This document shows positions 17,077 through 27,157 of a stretch of 64,000 nt of DNA, piece by piece. How positions within the stretch are numbered: the first letter of the stretch is position 1; the number at the start of each line of letters is the position of its first letter. Source of the DNA: an uncultured virus (IMG/VR IMGVR_UViG_3300003322_000362) (lineage: Duplodnaviria; Heunggongvirae; Uroviricota; Caudoviricetes; Crassvirales). The notes under the pieces were generated by a model. That model saw only the letters and a list, made by a program, of their open reading frames with translations. It searched no databases and was not told where the DNA came from. Location of the stretch: IMG/VR virus record IMGVR_UViG_3300003322_000362; one strand, given 5' to 3'. Both the position numbers and the translations under genes were made by a program.

Positions 17077-17796
17077 ATGAATGCTTTATCTATATTAGAA
17101 ATGCATCAAGCTATAGATCAAGCTATACAAAAGTTTGGTTTCTTTGTCTATCAAGATATGGATACTGAGCAAATTGATCTACAGATAAATCTAAGTATAG
17201 ATGAGTTGTTAAATGGTATTATAGATAAATTTTTTGGATCTGTTCCCAAAACAAGTCCACAAGTTAGGTTTCAGATTGATCAAGTTACATTAGATAATAT
17301 AAAAACTCTACATGTAAAAGATCAATCTGTTTCGCTAACTGAATTACCTGATAAAGATGGATATAGTTTTCCTATACCAGCTCCTTATGCTTATCACATA
17401 AGAACTAAAGTAATAACTAGTAAACAATGTGGTGATGAACCTTTATTAGTAACTACTAATATTAGGATACTAGAATCTCAAAATAATAATAGGAATCATC
17501 CTTTTCATAAAACAAGTAATAAATCACCATTAGCAGAGGTTTCTAATGGTATATTTACTATCTATACAGAAGGGGAATTCACAATAACCTCAGCAAGTAT
17601 TAGTTATATTAAAAAACCAGCTAAAGTTTTATTTGGTAAAACTATAGATGGAGATTATGATGCTAATACTTCAATTCAATGCGATCTTGATCCTACTCTA
17701 CATAGGCTTGTTATAGATATGACAGCTATTAGAATAGCAAAAATATTAGAACAATCTCAACAAAAAGTAGTCAATCTTCAACAACAAACAGTTTAA
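17077..17796 (+). CDS. Head-tail ring/connector protein
   Basis: SYIKKPAKV...CDLDPTLHRLVIDMTA pattern of crAss ring proteins. Confidence 0.65.
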   Translation: MNALSILEMHQAIDQAIQKFGFFVYQDMDTEQIDLQINLSIDELLNGIIDKFFGSVPKTSPQVRFQIDQVTLDNIKTLHVKDQSVSLTELPDKDGYSFPIPAPYAYHIRTKVITSKQCGDEPLLVTTNIRILESQNNNRNHPFHKTSNKSPLAEVSNGIFTIYTEGEFTITSASISYIKKPAKVLFGKTIDGDYDANTSIQCDLDPTLHRLVIDMTAIRIAKILEQSQQKVVNLQQQTV

Positions 17797-17803
17797 ATAA
17801 ACT

Positions 17804-19069
17804 ATGCATAATAGACGAGTATTAGTAGCTAAAAATGTAAACTATGCTGCCTCAAAAGGTAGCGCAACTCAAAACACCGCATTGAATCCGGCAGATTTAG
17901 CAGATGGAGCAATCGGTATTTATGGTATTCATACAGCAGGTTCTACCAATCTTAATAAGCTTGTTCTTATTACTGATGGTGGTTCAGAATCTGCTGGACT
18001 TGTACCAGCAGCAAGCTTTGTAGGTACAGATATTTTTATTGCACAAGGTAATGCAGGACGTCAATCTACTGAAACAGCCAAAATTGATGTTAAAGATGGT
18101 CTTAGATCTGCTGTAGCTCAAGTTTATACTGCACCTATAAGAGGTGTTGTTAACATTGGTTACAATGGTACTACTGGTTCTATGAACTTTCCTGGTACTC
18201 TTAATAGAACTGATGATTTTACTGTAACTGTAATTAATCAAAATTATCCTGTTGCAGGTTTTCGTCAGCCTAATCAAAAAGTGCAACTTACTGCTTCTGT
18301 ACTTGTTCAAGGAGATACTACTTATAATACCTTAAAGAACTGGGTAGCACAAGTTAATTTAAGAACAGATACTATTTTGATTGATAAAACTAAAATCAAG
18401 ATCCGTCATAATGGTACTGGAGCTGTATTTACTAACTCTGCTACTGTAGCAGGTGTTAATGGTGCAACTACTCTTACTACTTCTGCTGCACATGGATTAA
18501 CTGCTGGTGATTTACTTTCACTTGCTGGTGATCTTTATGTAAGTCAAGCTGGTACTACTGGTTCTACAATTGTTCTTGATCGTCCTTTCCAAGGAGCTAC
18601 TGCAACTATATCTAATGCTAATACATTAGATATTACAGGTGCTCCTACAGCTTGGGGACTTGAACTTGTAGATGATCAAGATGGTAGAAATTTGAAGTAT
18701 GCTGTATCTGGTATTGCTATAAATGCAACTATTACATATACTACTTCTCCTATTATTGGTTCTGGTACTTATGCTCAAGTTCTTGCTCTTGAACAAGAAG
18801 CATTACCTAAGAAAGGTACAGAAGCTCTTACTGATGCAACTGTTCCTCACGAAGCCTATAAAGCAGTTGCTTCTTCCACTTATGATCTCTATACTTTAAC
18901 AGTTAGAAATTTAAATCATAATACAGGTCAACAAGGATCAGTATTCTTAGTATTGAATTACATTTACATAGCTTTTGTTTCTGGTGTAGCTGATACTACA
19001 AATTTAGTGCAATCAGATTTCGAAGATGCTATGACTTCGTTATTTACGACTTTCCCTGCCATATCGTAA
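17804..19069 (+). CDS. Abundant virion structural protein (auxiliary capsid-like)
   Basis: T/A/G-rich, GSGTYAQVLALE and YDLYTL motifs, followed by a terminator. Confidence 0.6.
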   Translation: MHNRRVLVAKNVNYAASKGSATQNTALNPADLADGAIGIYGIHTAGSTNLNKLVLITDGGSESAGLVPAASFVGTDIFIAQGNAGRQSTETAKIDVKDGLRSAVAQVYTAPIRGVVNIGYNGTTGSMNFPGTLNRTDDFTVTVINQNYPVAGFRQPNQKVQLTASVLVQGDTTYNTLKNWVAQVNLRTDTILIDKTKIKIRHNGTGAVFTNSATVAGVNGATTLTTSAAHGLTAGDLLSLAGDLYVSQAGTTGSTIVLDRPFQGATATISNANTLDITGAPTAWGLELVDDQDGRNLKYAVSGIAINATITYTTSPIIGSGTYAQVLALEQEALPKKGTEALTDATVPHEAYKAVASSTYDLYTLTVRNLNHNTGQQGSVFLVLNYIYIAFVSGVADTTNLVQSDFEDAMTSLFTTFPAIS

Positions 19070-19093
19070 GCTGGGAATTTTAGTGGTTAAATA

Positions 19094-19119
19094 GGGGGCA
19101 CGAGTTGCCCCCATTTTTT
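19094..19119 (+). terminator. Rho-independent terminator
   Basis: GGGGGCA-cgagt-TGCCCCC-ATTTTTT. Confidence 0.88.
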
Positions 19120-19139
19120 AATTTCTAATATCCTATAAT

Positions 19140-19838
19140 ATGGCATTAGTATTCAACTATTCTAAAAAATCTACAACTGATCCAGGTTTATTTCAAATTA
19201 CTGTATCAGCTAATTATGGTTCTCCAAATCCTGACAGAAATCAGGGAGGAGAAGTTCTTATTGCAGCTCACACTACTCAAAAAGAAGTAGAAGAATTTAT
19301 TCCTGTAGATAGTTCTCCCTATCTAACTAAATCTACTTATGACATCTATAATACTTTAGATGGAGCTTATAAAGTTGAATCTTTAAGATTTGCACTTTAT
19401 AATGCTGGTACTCCCTATATTCCCGAAATCAAAGATAATAATAATATTATTACTACTTATGCTAGTGTAATATATTATTCTCCTACAGATAAATTCTATA
19501 AAAATATTTCAGCATCTACAGGAATTGCACCTGATGCAGTTAATGGAACTACTTATTGGCAACAAATTACAGATTTTACAACTGATGAAATAAGAAATAA
19601 TACTAATTTAATAATTGGTACTTATCAATTTGTTCATTTAGATAGAAGTAAACTCTGTGTAAAGAATGAACTATTTAAATTAAGTTCAATGTGTGGATGT
19701 GATGATCTAAAAGAATATTTACCTTTTCTTAAAAAGAAAGTTTTATTAGATGGTGCATGTGCATTAGCTGCTGATTTTAAATTTAGTAATGCAGAAGCTA
19801 ATATAAGAGTTTTACAGAAATTATGCCCTACTTGCTAA
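19140..19838 (+). CDS. Tail hub-like protein with Cys-rich C-terminus
   Basis: MCGCDD...GAC...LCPTC; first gene of the fibre block. Confidence 0.5.
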   Translation: MALVFNYSKKSTTDPGLFQITVSANYGSPNPDRNQGGEVLIAAHTTQKEVEEFIPVDSSPYLTKSTYDIYNTLDGAYKVESLRFALYNAGTPYIPEIKDNNNIITTYASVIYYSPTDKFYKNISASTGIAPDAVNGTTYWQQITDFTTDEIRNNTNLIIGTYQFVHLDRSKLCVKNELFKLSSMCGCDDLKEYLPFLKKKVLLDGACALAADFKFSNAEANIRVLQKLCPTC

Positions 19839-19839
19839 T

Positions 19840-22065
19840 ATGTTAAATAGGAATATAAACAGTATAATTCAGCAATCATATTTTAAGCTAGGTGAACTTT
19901 CTTATGAAATAGCCATTAAAATCCAAGAAGGAGAAGCTGGTAAAGCTCTCGATAAACTTTGGAATAAGATTGTTCAATTAGATCAGCTTCTTGATATGGT
20001 AGCAAGCCATATAGAAGTACAGAATAATTCTGTTTATAGAGTTGTAGGTATGACAAGTGAAGAGATGAATAGAATTCTCTCTTGTCTTGTTAAGTTAGCT
20101 AATATTTATGATTATCCAATTTCTACCTTTGTAATTACTAAAGATATAAGTAACATATCTATTGGTGATGGTGCACAAGGTCCTCCAGGAAAAGATGGTG
20201 TAAGTTCCTATAATGCTATTGCATTCGCTTCTGATAATATAGGAACAAATTTCTCTACTACACCAGATATAAGCAGACCATATGTTGCATTTTTAACAAT
20301 GCAATCTCCTATACCATTAATAGCTAGTTCATTTACAGGTAAATGGATTAAATTTATAGGAGATGCTGGAGCAGATGGTATTGATGGAGAAGATGGTATA
20401 ACATTTTATCCTTACATAAGATTTGCTAGTGATGACCAAGGTACAAACTTCAGTCCCACTCCTTCTTCTTCGAGAAGGTTTATAGCATTTCTTTATACAA
20501 CAACTAATTATAATGGAAATCCTTCATCTACCTTATTTGATGGTTTATGGGTAGAATATATTGGTAAAGATGGTATTAATGGTCAAGATGGAGAGGATGG
20601 TAATACAATACTTATTACTTCAGGAATTCCTGCGCAAGAAATAGGTAAAGATGGTGATGTAGCTCTTGATACTACTAATTGGTATATTTATGCTCCTAAG
20701 TTAGCAGGACAATGGCCAGCAGGACATTCTTTAACTGGTCCACAAGGTATTCCTGGAACTGATGGTATAAATGGATCTCCTGGAACTAATGGTATTAATG
20801 GTGTTAGTTCATATATCTATATAGCTTATGCAACTGATCCTAGTGGATCTAATTATAATCTTGTTTTAAGTTCTGATCCATCTGCAACTGTAACAGCTTT
20901 TGATTCATCTAAAGAATGGATAGGTATTATAGTTAGTCAAACTCCTATAGGTAATACTATCAATAGTAGTAATTTTGCAGGAAATTGGACTAGATACCAA
21001 GGGTCAGGAGATAGATGGACTACCTATTCTAATAGTACTCTAACTATTGGAACAGGTAGTAGAACTCTTACTGTAGAGCACGATTTAGCATATTCTGTAG
21101 GACAAACAGTTGTAATAGCTGATCCTGCTAATTTTGCTAATAGAATGGAGGCTTATGTATCAGCTTATAATCCTCTTTCTGGTATAATGATAGTAAATGT
21201 AGCTAATGCTGTAGGAAGTGGAACATTTTCACAATGGGCTGTTTCTCTTCAAGCATTTTCTAGTGATCCTCCTACTACTTATGGAGGAGCATCTCCTTCT
21301 ACAATTACTGTTAATGATTTACCTTCTGGAACAAGTATCACTGGTAAAACTTATGATGAATTGTTTGAACATATTTACGCTCCTTTTATAAATCCTGCTT
21401 TCTCAGCTTTTGCTATGAGTGGTCAAGCTCAACAAGTAGAAGTAGGTACAACAATTAGTGGAAGTAAGACATTTACTTGGGCTACTACTAATTCAGGAAA
21501 TGTTGCTCCTAATACAATACAAATTAAAGATCAGACTACAAATACTGTATTATTAACTGGAGCAGCAGATGATGGATCAGAAGCAGGCGTAGCAATAGGA
21601 AGTGTAATTCATACATCTCCAGCAGTCCATACATGGAGAATATTAGGTACAGATAACCATTCTAATGTATTTACTCGGGATTTTAATGTATCTTGGCTTT
21701 GGCTTAAATATTGGGGAACAAGTAATAATGTTACTCTTACAGAAGCACAAATTGAGGCATTAGCAAATACTGCTTTAAGTTCTACTCCTAATCAAATATA
21801 TAGTTTAGCTGCTGGAGGGTATAAATATTTTGTATGGGATGATTCTTTAGGAAGTCCTATAGCTTTAACAGGATTTAGAGATACTTCCACAAATTTAGCT
21901 GTAGCTATGGCTACTTCAGCAGATGATGCAGCTTATAGTAATGTACAAAATGGTTGGTATTATGCATTAGTATCTGTTACAAATGCTCAAGGTCAGACAA
22001 GTAATAAAAGAGTTTACAGAACAAAGAATATATTAGGTGGTACAATAAACATTCAAGTATCATAA
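19840..22065 (+). CDS. Tail fibre with collagen-like Gly-X-Y stretches
   Basis: Helical N-terminal anchor, four short GXY runs, three IAFASD/IRFASD/IAYATD modules. Confidence 0.75.
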   Translation: MLNRNINSIIQQSYFKLGELSYEIAIKIQEGEAGKALDKLWNKIVQLDQLLDMVASHIEVQNNSVYRVVGMTSEEMNRILSCLVKLANIYDYPISTFVITKDISNISIGDGAQGPPGKDGVSSYNAIAFASDNIGTNFSTTPDISRPYVAFLTMQSPIPLIASSFTGKWIKFIGDAGADGIDGEDGITFYPYIRFASDDQGTNFSPTPSSSRRFIAFLYTTTNYNGNPSSTLFDGLWVEYIGKDGINGQDGEDGNTILITSGIPAQEIGKDGDVALDTTNWYIYAPKLAGQWPAGHSLTGPQGIPGTDGINGSPGTNGINGVSSYIYIAYATDPSGSNYNLVLSSDPSATVTAFDSSKEWIGIIVSQTPIGNTINSSNFAGNWTRYQGSGDRWTTYSNSTLTIGTGSRTLTVEHDLAYSVGQTVVIADPANFANRMEAYVSAYNPLSGIMIVNVANAVGSGTFSQWAVSLQAFSSDPPTTYGGASPSTITVNDLPSGTSITGKTYDELFEHIYAPFINPAFSAFAMSGQAQQVEVGTTISGSKTFTWATTNSGNVAPNTIQIKDQTTNTVLLTGAADDGSEAGVAIGSVIHTSPAVHTWRILGTDNHSNVFTRDFNVSWLWLKYWGTSNNVTLTEAQIEALANTALSSTPNQIYSLAAGGYKYFVWDDSLGSPIALTGFRDTSTNLAVAMATSADDAAYSNVQNGWYYALVSVTNAQGQTSNKRVYRTKNILGGTINIQVS

Positions 22066-22066
22066 G

Positions 22067-25000
22067 ATGGCATCATTTCCAGATAGTGCAGTCCCCGTCA
22101 CAGGTTATATAGGAACTACTGATCCTGCTGATACCTATGCTACTCATGTAGATATATTAGGTTGGGGAGGAACTATGTCTGTTGCTACAATTAGTGACAG
22201 AGATGCAATTCCCTTATCCAGAAGAAAGTTCGGAATGTTGGTAATTGTTTATGCTGATCCAACTCCAGCTAATAATAAAACATATCAATTAAAACCAGTA
22301 TCTTTAGGTGGTATAGATAATGTACTTACTAATAATAGTAACTGGTTACTTTTTGGTCCTAGTTCAGCAGCTAGTTTTACTAATGGTCTTACTGAAAATT
22401 CTGGTGTAGTTAAACTTGGAGGTACATTAGTTAATGATACAGATATTACTGGAGCATTTGCATTAAATCTTGGTTTAACAGGATCAAGATTAATTACTTT
22501 AAATACTTTTAGTACTAATAAAACAGTATTAACTGCTGGAACTTCTCAATTAATGCTTAATGATACTAGTGCTGCTAAATTAAGTGGTGGAACTGCATTA
22601 AGTAGTTATGAAATAAGTACAGCAGGAGCATTAATAGTTACAGATGCTCAATCTGCACCAAATCAAAGAGGAATAAGAGGAGCTGGAGATTATTCAGCTA
22701 ATTTACAAGCCAATGATTACACTCAAAAAGTTTATGTAGATAAAACTATAGTAGGTAAATCCATAGATGCTATTTTAGCTAATCCTAGTAGTCCTCAAAA
22801 TGGTTATGCTATTATATGGGATCAAACTAACACAAGATGGTCTTTAGGACCAGCAGGAAGTGGAGGAGGTGGAATATCAGATGGAGATAAAGGTGATATA
22901 ACTGTAACTACTGGAGGAACAATATGGACTATAGATAACTCAGTAATTACTAATGCTAAAATGGCAAATATGGCAGCATTTTCTTTCAAAGGAAATGCTA
23001 CTAGTGGTTCAGCAGTAGTAACAGATGTTGGTGTAGAAAATGGTCTTCAATTTTTAAGTGGTAAATTAAGAATAGGAGGTACTTTAATAGCTACAACAGC
23101 TATAGATGGAGCACAAACTTTTAATATTGGTGCAACTACCCCTCTTGTAGGATTTACAGCTAAAGCAACAATTGCTGGCCTTTATGGAACAGCAAATGCA
23201 GCTATAGAAGTTTATAGTAATGTAAATCAATCTTTAAGATTAGGTCAAACTGGTGGTGCAATTCTTAATTTAGGTTCCGATGCAACAGGAGATCTTTATT
23301 ATAGAGATGTTCTTGGTAAATTAGTTAGACGTCCTATAGGTACTATAGGACAATATTTTATAGTAGGAGCAAATAGTATACCTATATGGAGCAACACTAT
23401 AATTGAGGATGTTGGTGGACCTACTTATACGTTTAGTGAAAATGATAATGGTAAGTTTAAAAATTTTACAGCAGCTTGCACTGCAAATATTCCTACAGGA
23501 CTTTCTTTAGGTTGGCAAGTAACAGTATGGAGATCAGCAGCAGCAGGATTAGTAACTTTTACTTCTTCTGGTGCATTATCTGGTGCTGGAAATTCTTTAC
23601 CTACAGCAGAAACAGCAGCTTCTATTGTTCATAAAGGTTCTGATATACATTATATAGCAGGAGCACTTACTTCATTTTTAAGTTCTGATACTTTTGAAAA
23701 TGGCGTTCAAGATATAGGAGGAGGAACTATTCAGTGGGGAGGACCAATTATAAATGGTTTAACAGAGTTACCAGCAGCAGTAGATGGTATTGGTGATCTT
23801 TATATTGGTACTAATGCAGCATTTTCAACTAGTCTTGCAACAGTTTATATTAATTCTACTACTTTATCTGCTATAATAAGCTCTGGAGATGCATATATTT
23901 CAGGAGCAGCTAGTACTAATATAGGAGATGGTACGGGAGTTATAAATCTTTTAACTCCTGGAGGAAATAATTCTGGAGATTTATTTTATTTAAATGCTTC
24001 TCTTAATTTAGTTAGAAGACAAATTGGTACTACTAATCAATTCTTACAAGTAGTAGCAGGTGTTCCAAATTGGAGGACTCCTACTATAGTAGATATAAAT
24101 CAAGTTGGGAATGGTATACCAGGAAGAACTGGAGGAGGTACTGGAGCATTATCTGTAATTACTGTAAGTAATGGTTTAACACTATCAGCAAGTTCTTTAA
24201 AATTAGGTGGACAACTTTCAGATGCACTTACTTCTATATCTTCAAGAGTTGCAGGATCACAACTTACATTTGATGGAACAGCGGGATCATTTGTTATTAA
24301 TGCTAATGGATCAAATACAGTTGTATCATTTGGTAATGGTGGAGGAAATGAGATTTCCTCATTTGGAGTAAACACATTAGGTACAATTTCAATATCTAGT
24401 CTTGTAGATAATTCTAATACCTCCTATATACAAATATTAAATGGACAAATTATTCTTAATACTAATATTGGAACATCTATTAATAATAGTCCAAATTACA
24501 TGCTTTTTAATGGAGGTAATGCTTATAGTACTTCTGGAAATGGTAATGGTAGTGGATTTACATTTACTACAGGAACTAGAAGAATTGCAGGAACTGGAGT
24601 AGATGGTAAAACTACATTTAATTCACATGGAGGTTTCGAAGTATTGTCTACTAGTACACAAACTACTAGAACTTTTAAAATAGATGGATTTAATGATTTT
24701 ATTTTAAATCTTGGTTCTGATGCTGATGGAGATATTTATTTTAGAAATGGTGGTAAATTTGTAAGATTACCAAAAGCAGCAGATGGTACATTTTTAAGTT
24801 TAGTTAGTGGACTTCCAGCATGGGTAGTAGGAGGCGGAGGAGGTGGAGTTACTAATAATGCTAGTGATACAGAACTTACAATGAGTAGTTCTGGTAATTT
24901 AACTCATAGTGGTTTATTCATACCTACTACAGCTGATTTAGATTTAGGAAATAGTAGCACTACTGGAACACAAAGAACATTACAAGCTAATGGTAGTTCT

Positions 25001-25609
25001 AGTGCTATTAAACTTGTTCTTAAATCTAAAGGAACAGCAGATATGGAATTTGATATATCTAGTGGAGCAGGAGCATTTGTTTTCACTAGAGCAGATTCAG
25101 TTTCTTTATTACGCTATCAACCACAATCTAATACTTTAAATTTTGGAGTAACTGATGGTGTTATAATTGGTGATACTGGTATTTCAGGTTCTGTAACTGG
25201 TAAAGCTGTTTCAATTAAAGGTGGAGATGCTTATAACGTAGGAAATAATAATGGAGGTAATGTAAGTTTAATATCTGGCTTAGCTAATGGTTCTGGATTA
25301 CCTGGAAATATTATATTAGATTCAAGATTTAATTATACTCAAATAAAAGGTGATAGAATATTATTTCTAAGTGGTACTGGTGGAACAAATGGTGGTCCTT
25401 ATCTTTCTATAGGTCAAAGAACTGCTAATCCTCCTTTAACATCTGGATCAAATGTAGTAATATATGCAGAAGATAGTGCAGATACTACAGTAGGTCTTTC
25501 TTTATATACTGAGCAAGTAGTAGAAGCATTAGGTACTTTTACTCCTACTCAAAAATATAAGATACAAATTAATGGAACTTGGTATTGGATACAACTTGAT
25601 CCTGTATAA
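22067..25609 (+). CDS. Long tail fibre (1180 aa) with internal repeats
   Basis: G/T/S-rich; four NG(L/V)...GG repeats, three GD(L/I)(Y/F)-type repeats, DGDKGDITV motif, internal adaptor-like domain. Confidence 0.8.
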   Translation: MASFPDSAVPVTGYIGTTDPADTYATHVDILGWGGTMSVATISDRDAIPLSRRKFGMLVIVYADPTPANNKTYQLKPVSLGGIDNVLTNNSNWLLFGPSSAASFTNGLTENSGVVKLGGTLVNDTDITGAFALNLGLTGSRLITLNTFSTNKTVLTAGTSQLMLNDTSAAKLSGGTALSSYEISTAGALIVTDAQSAPNQRGIRGAGDYSANLQANDYTQKVYVDKTIVGKSIDAILANPSSPQNGYAIIWDQTNTRWSLGPAGSGGGGISDGDKGDITVTTGGTIWTIDNSVITNAKMANMAAFSFKGNATSGSAVVTDVGVENGLQFLSGKLRIGGTLIATTAIDGAQTFNIGATTPLVGFTAKATIAGLYGTANAAIEVYSNVNQSLRLGQTGGAILNLGSDATGDLYYRDVLGKLVRRPIGTIGQYFIVGANSIPIWSNTIIEDVGGPTYTFSENDNGKFKNFTAACTANIPTGLSLGWQVTVWRSAAAGLVTFTSSGALSGAGNSLPTAETAASIVHKGSDIHYIAGALTSFLSSDTFENGVQDIGGGTIQWGGPIINGLTELPAAVDGIGDLYIGTNAAFSTSLATVYINSTTLSAIISSGDAYISGAASTNIGDGTGVINLLTPGGNNSGDLFYLNASLNLVRRQIGTTNQFLQVVAGVPNWRTPTIVDINQVGNGIPGRTGGGTGALSVITVSNGLTLSASSLKLGGQLSDALTSISSRVAGSQLTFDGTAGSFVINANGSNTVVSFGNGGGNEISSFGVNTLGTISISSLVDNSNTSYIQILNGQIILNTNIGTSINNSPNYMLFNGGNAYSTSGNGNGSGFTFTTGTRRIAGTGVDGKTTFNSHGGFEVLSTSTQTTRTFKIDGFNDFILNLGSDADGDIYFRNGGKFVRLPKAADGTFLSLVSGLPAWVVGGGGGGVTNNASDTELTMSSSGNLTHSGLFIPTTADLDLGNSSTTGTQRTLQANGSSSAIKLVLKSKGTADMEFDISSGAGAFVFTRADSVSLLRYQPQSNTLNFGVTDGVIIGDTGISGSVTGKAVSIKGGDAYNVGNNNGGNVSLISGLANGSGLPGNIILDSRFNYTQIKGDRILFLSGTGGTNGGPYLSIGQRTANPPLTSGSNVVIYAEDSADTTVGLSLYTEQVVEALGTFTPTQKYKIQINGTWYWIQLDPV

Positions 25610-25612
25610 TAT

Positions 25613-27157
25613 ATGTTAAACACTATTCATACATTATTTCCATCAATTACTAAAGGAATTTCAGTAGATACAACTGCTGATGGTAAACAAGTATTTCTTA
25701 TTATAGGAGATTCAAAAGCTGCTGGTTCTAATAATACTGGTGGTCCTGGTCCAACTCCTACAGCTAATACTGTATTTCAATGGAATAAAAATACATCTCA
25801 GATAGTTCAAATTACTAATACAGATGTATTAAGTATTGCTGCTGGTCAAGGATCACCTTGGCCACAATTTGGTATAACATATAATAGCAATTCTGGATTT
25901 AAACCAGTATTTGTACCTATGGCTGTTGCTGGTTCAAAGTTTAGTCAAATTACAGATACTAATGATTGGAGTACCGCTGGAGCTAATTATACTCCAGCCA
26001 TAACACAATGTGATGCATGTTTAACCTCTCTTGGACTCACTAAACCAAAAGCTATATTAGTCAGACTTGGAGTAAATGATATAAGAAATGCCGCCGTTCT
26101 TGCTAATATTTATACTGATATGGATAGCCTTGTTTCAAGATTAACTGCTAAATACCCCGGAGTACCTATAGTGTTTACGATGATAGGTAGAAATGAGACT
26201 ACAGCATTTGATGCTCGTAATTATGGTGTAAGAGGAAAATTAATCTCTATAGCGCTTAATAATCCAGATGTTCATATAGCTTGTATAGAAGCATCCTTTA
26301 TATCAACTGGTATGATGGGAGCTGACAACTTACACGATAGTTTAGCTATGGGCAATGAAGTAGGTAGGCAAATGGCAGAATGGTTTAACAATGGAGCTTA
26401 TAGTAAATGGGGCAGAACTATTATATCTTCTCAATATGAAGTATTAACTTCAAATAGGAAGACATTGGTAGATAATTTTGTAACTTCTCAAATTAATAGT
26501 GGTAGATGGAATAAGTTAGAACTATTATGTTTCGGTAAAACTAATGTTAAAAATTCTATATACATAGATTGGTCTATGTTTGGTTATTTATTTGATGTAA
26601 CTTCAGCAGGTTGGGTACAGAATTCTCATATATCTACAAATGGATCTACTACAAGATATGGTTATACTTTTGTACCAGGTTATAATAATTCTAGAGCTTC
26701 TCAAAATGATTTTATTATAATGACCAAATTAAAGACAAATAATACAGCTTCCGGAGTTTTAGCTACATTATTTGGTAGTGGAAATGGAACTAGTATAATT
26801 TCTATCGGACAAAATGCTACACCAAATCTAACTTACAGAGCTAATGATGCAACTTTAGGGTTATATACAACTGAAGGTGTATTTATTGGAGGTAATTGGT
26901 ATGGTACTGGAAGAAATCCAGATGGAGGAGACGCTAACCCAAGAAAATTTTATAAAAATTCTACTATTATAAAACAAGATGCTATAGCATCTGTAACACC
27001 TAATACTGTTATTCCTTCACTTGGAGCTTTTAATAATAACGGTACTTTTTCTAGTTATATAAATGCAGAATTTGAGTGTTTATTTGCTGCACAATATGCT
27101 GGATTTGATATAGCAGCATTTCAAACAGATGTTGATACATTATTAAATAATTGGTAG
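25613..27157 (+). CDS. Receptor-binding protein: SGNH/sialate O-acetylesterase-like domain plus lectin-like C-terminus
   Basis: IIGDSKA block I, LGVND block III, DNLH block V. Confidence 0.72.
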   Translation: MLNTIHTLFPSITKGISVDTTADGKQVFLIIGDSKAAGSNNTGGPGPTPTANTVFQWNKNTSQIVQITNTDVLSIAAGQGSPWPQFGITYNSNSGFKPVFVPMAVAGSKFSQITDTNDWSTAGANYTPAITQCDACLTSLGLTKPKAILVRLGVNDIRNAAVLANIYTDMDSLVSRLTAKYPGVPIVFTMIGRNETTAFDARNYGVRGKLISIALNNPDVHIACIEASFISTGMMGADNLHDSLAMGNEVGRQMAEWFNNGAYSKWGRTIISSQYEVLTSNRKTLVDNFVTSQINSGRWNKLELLCFGKTNVKNSIYIDWSMFGYLFDVTSAGWVQNSHISTNGSTTRYGYTFVPGYNNSRASQNDFIIMTKLKTNNTASGVLATLFGSGNGTSIISIGQNATPNLTYRANDATLGLYTTEGVFIGGNWYGTGRNPDGGDANPRKFYKNSTIIKQDAIASVTPNTVIPSLGAFNNNGTFSSYINAEFECLFAAQYAGFDIAAFQTDVDTLLNNW

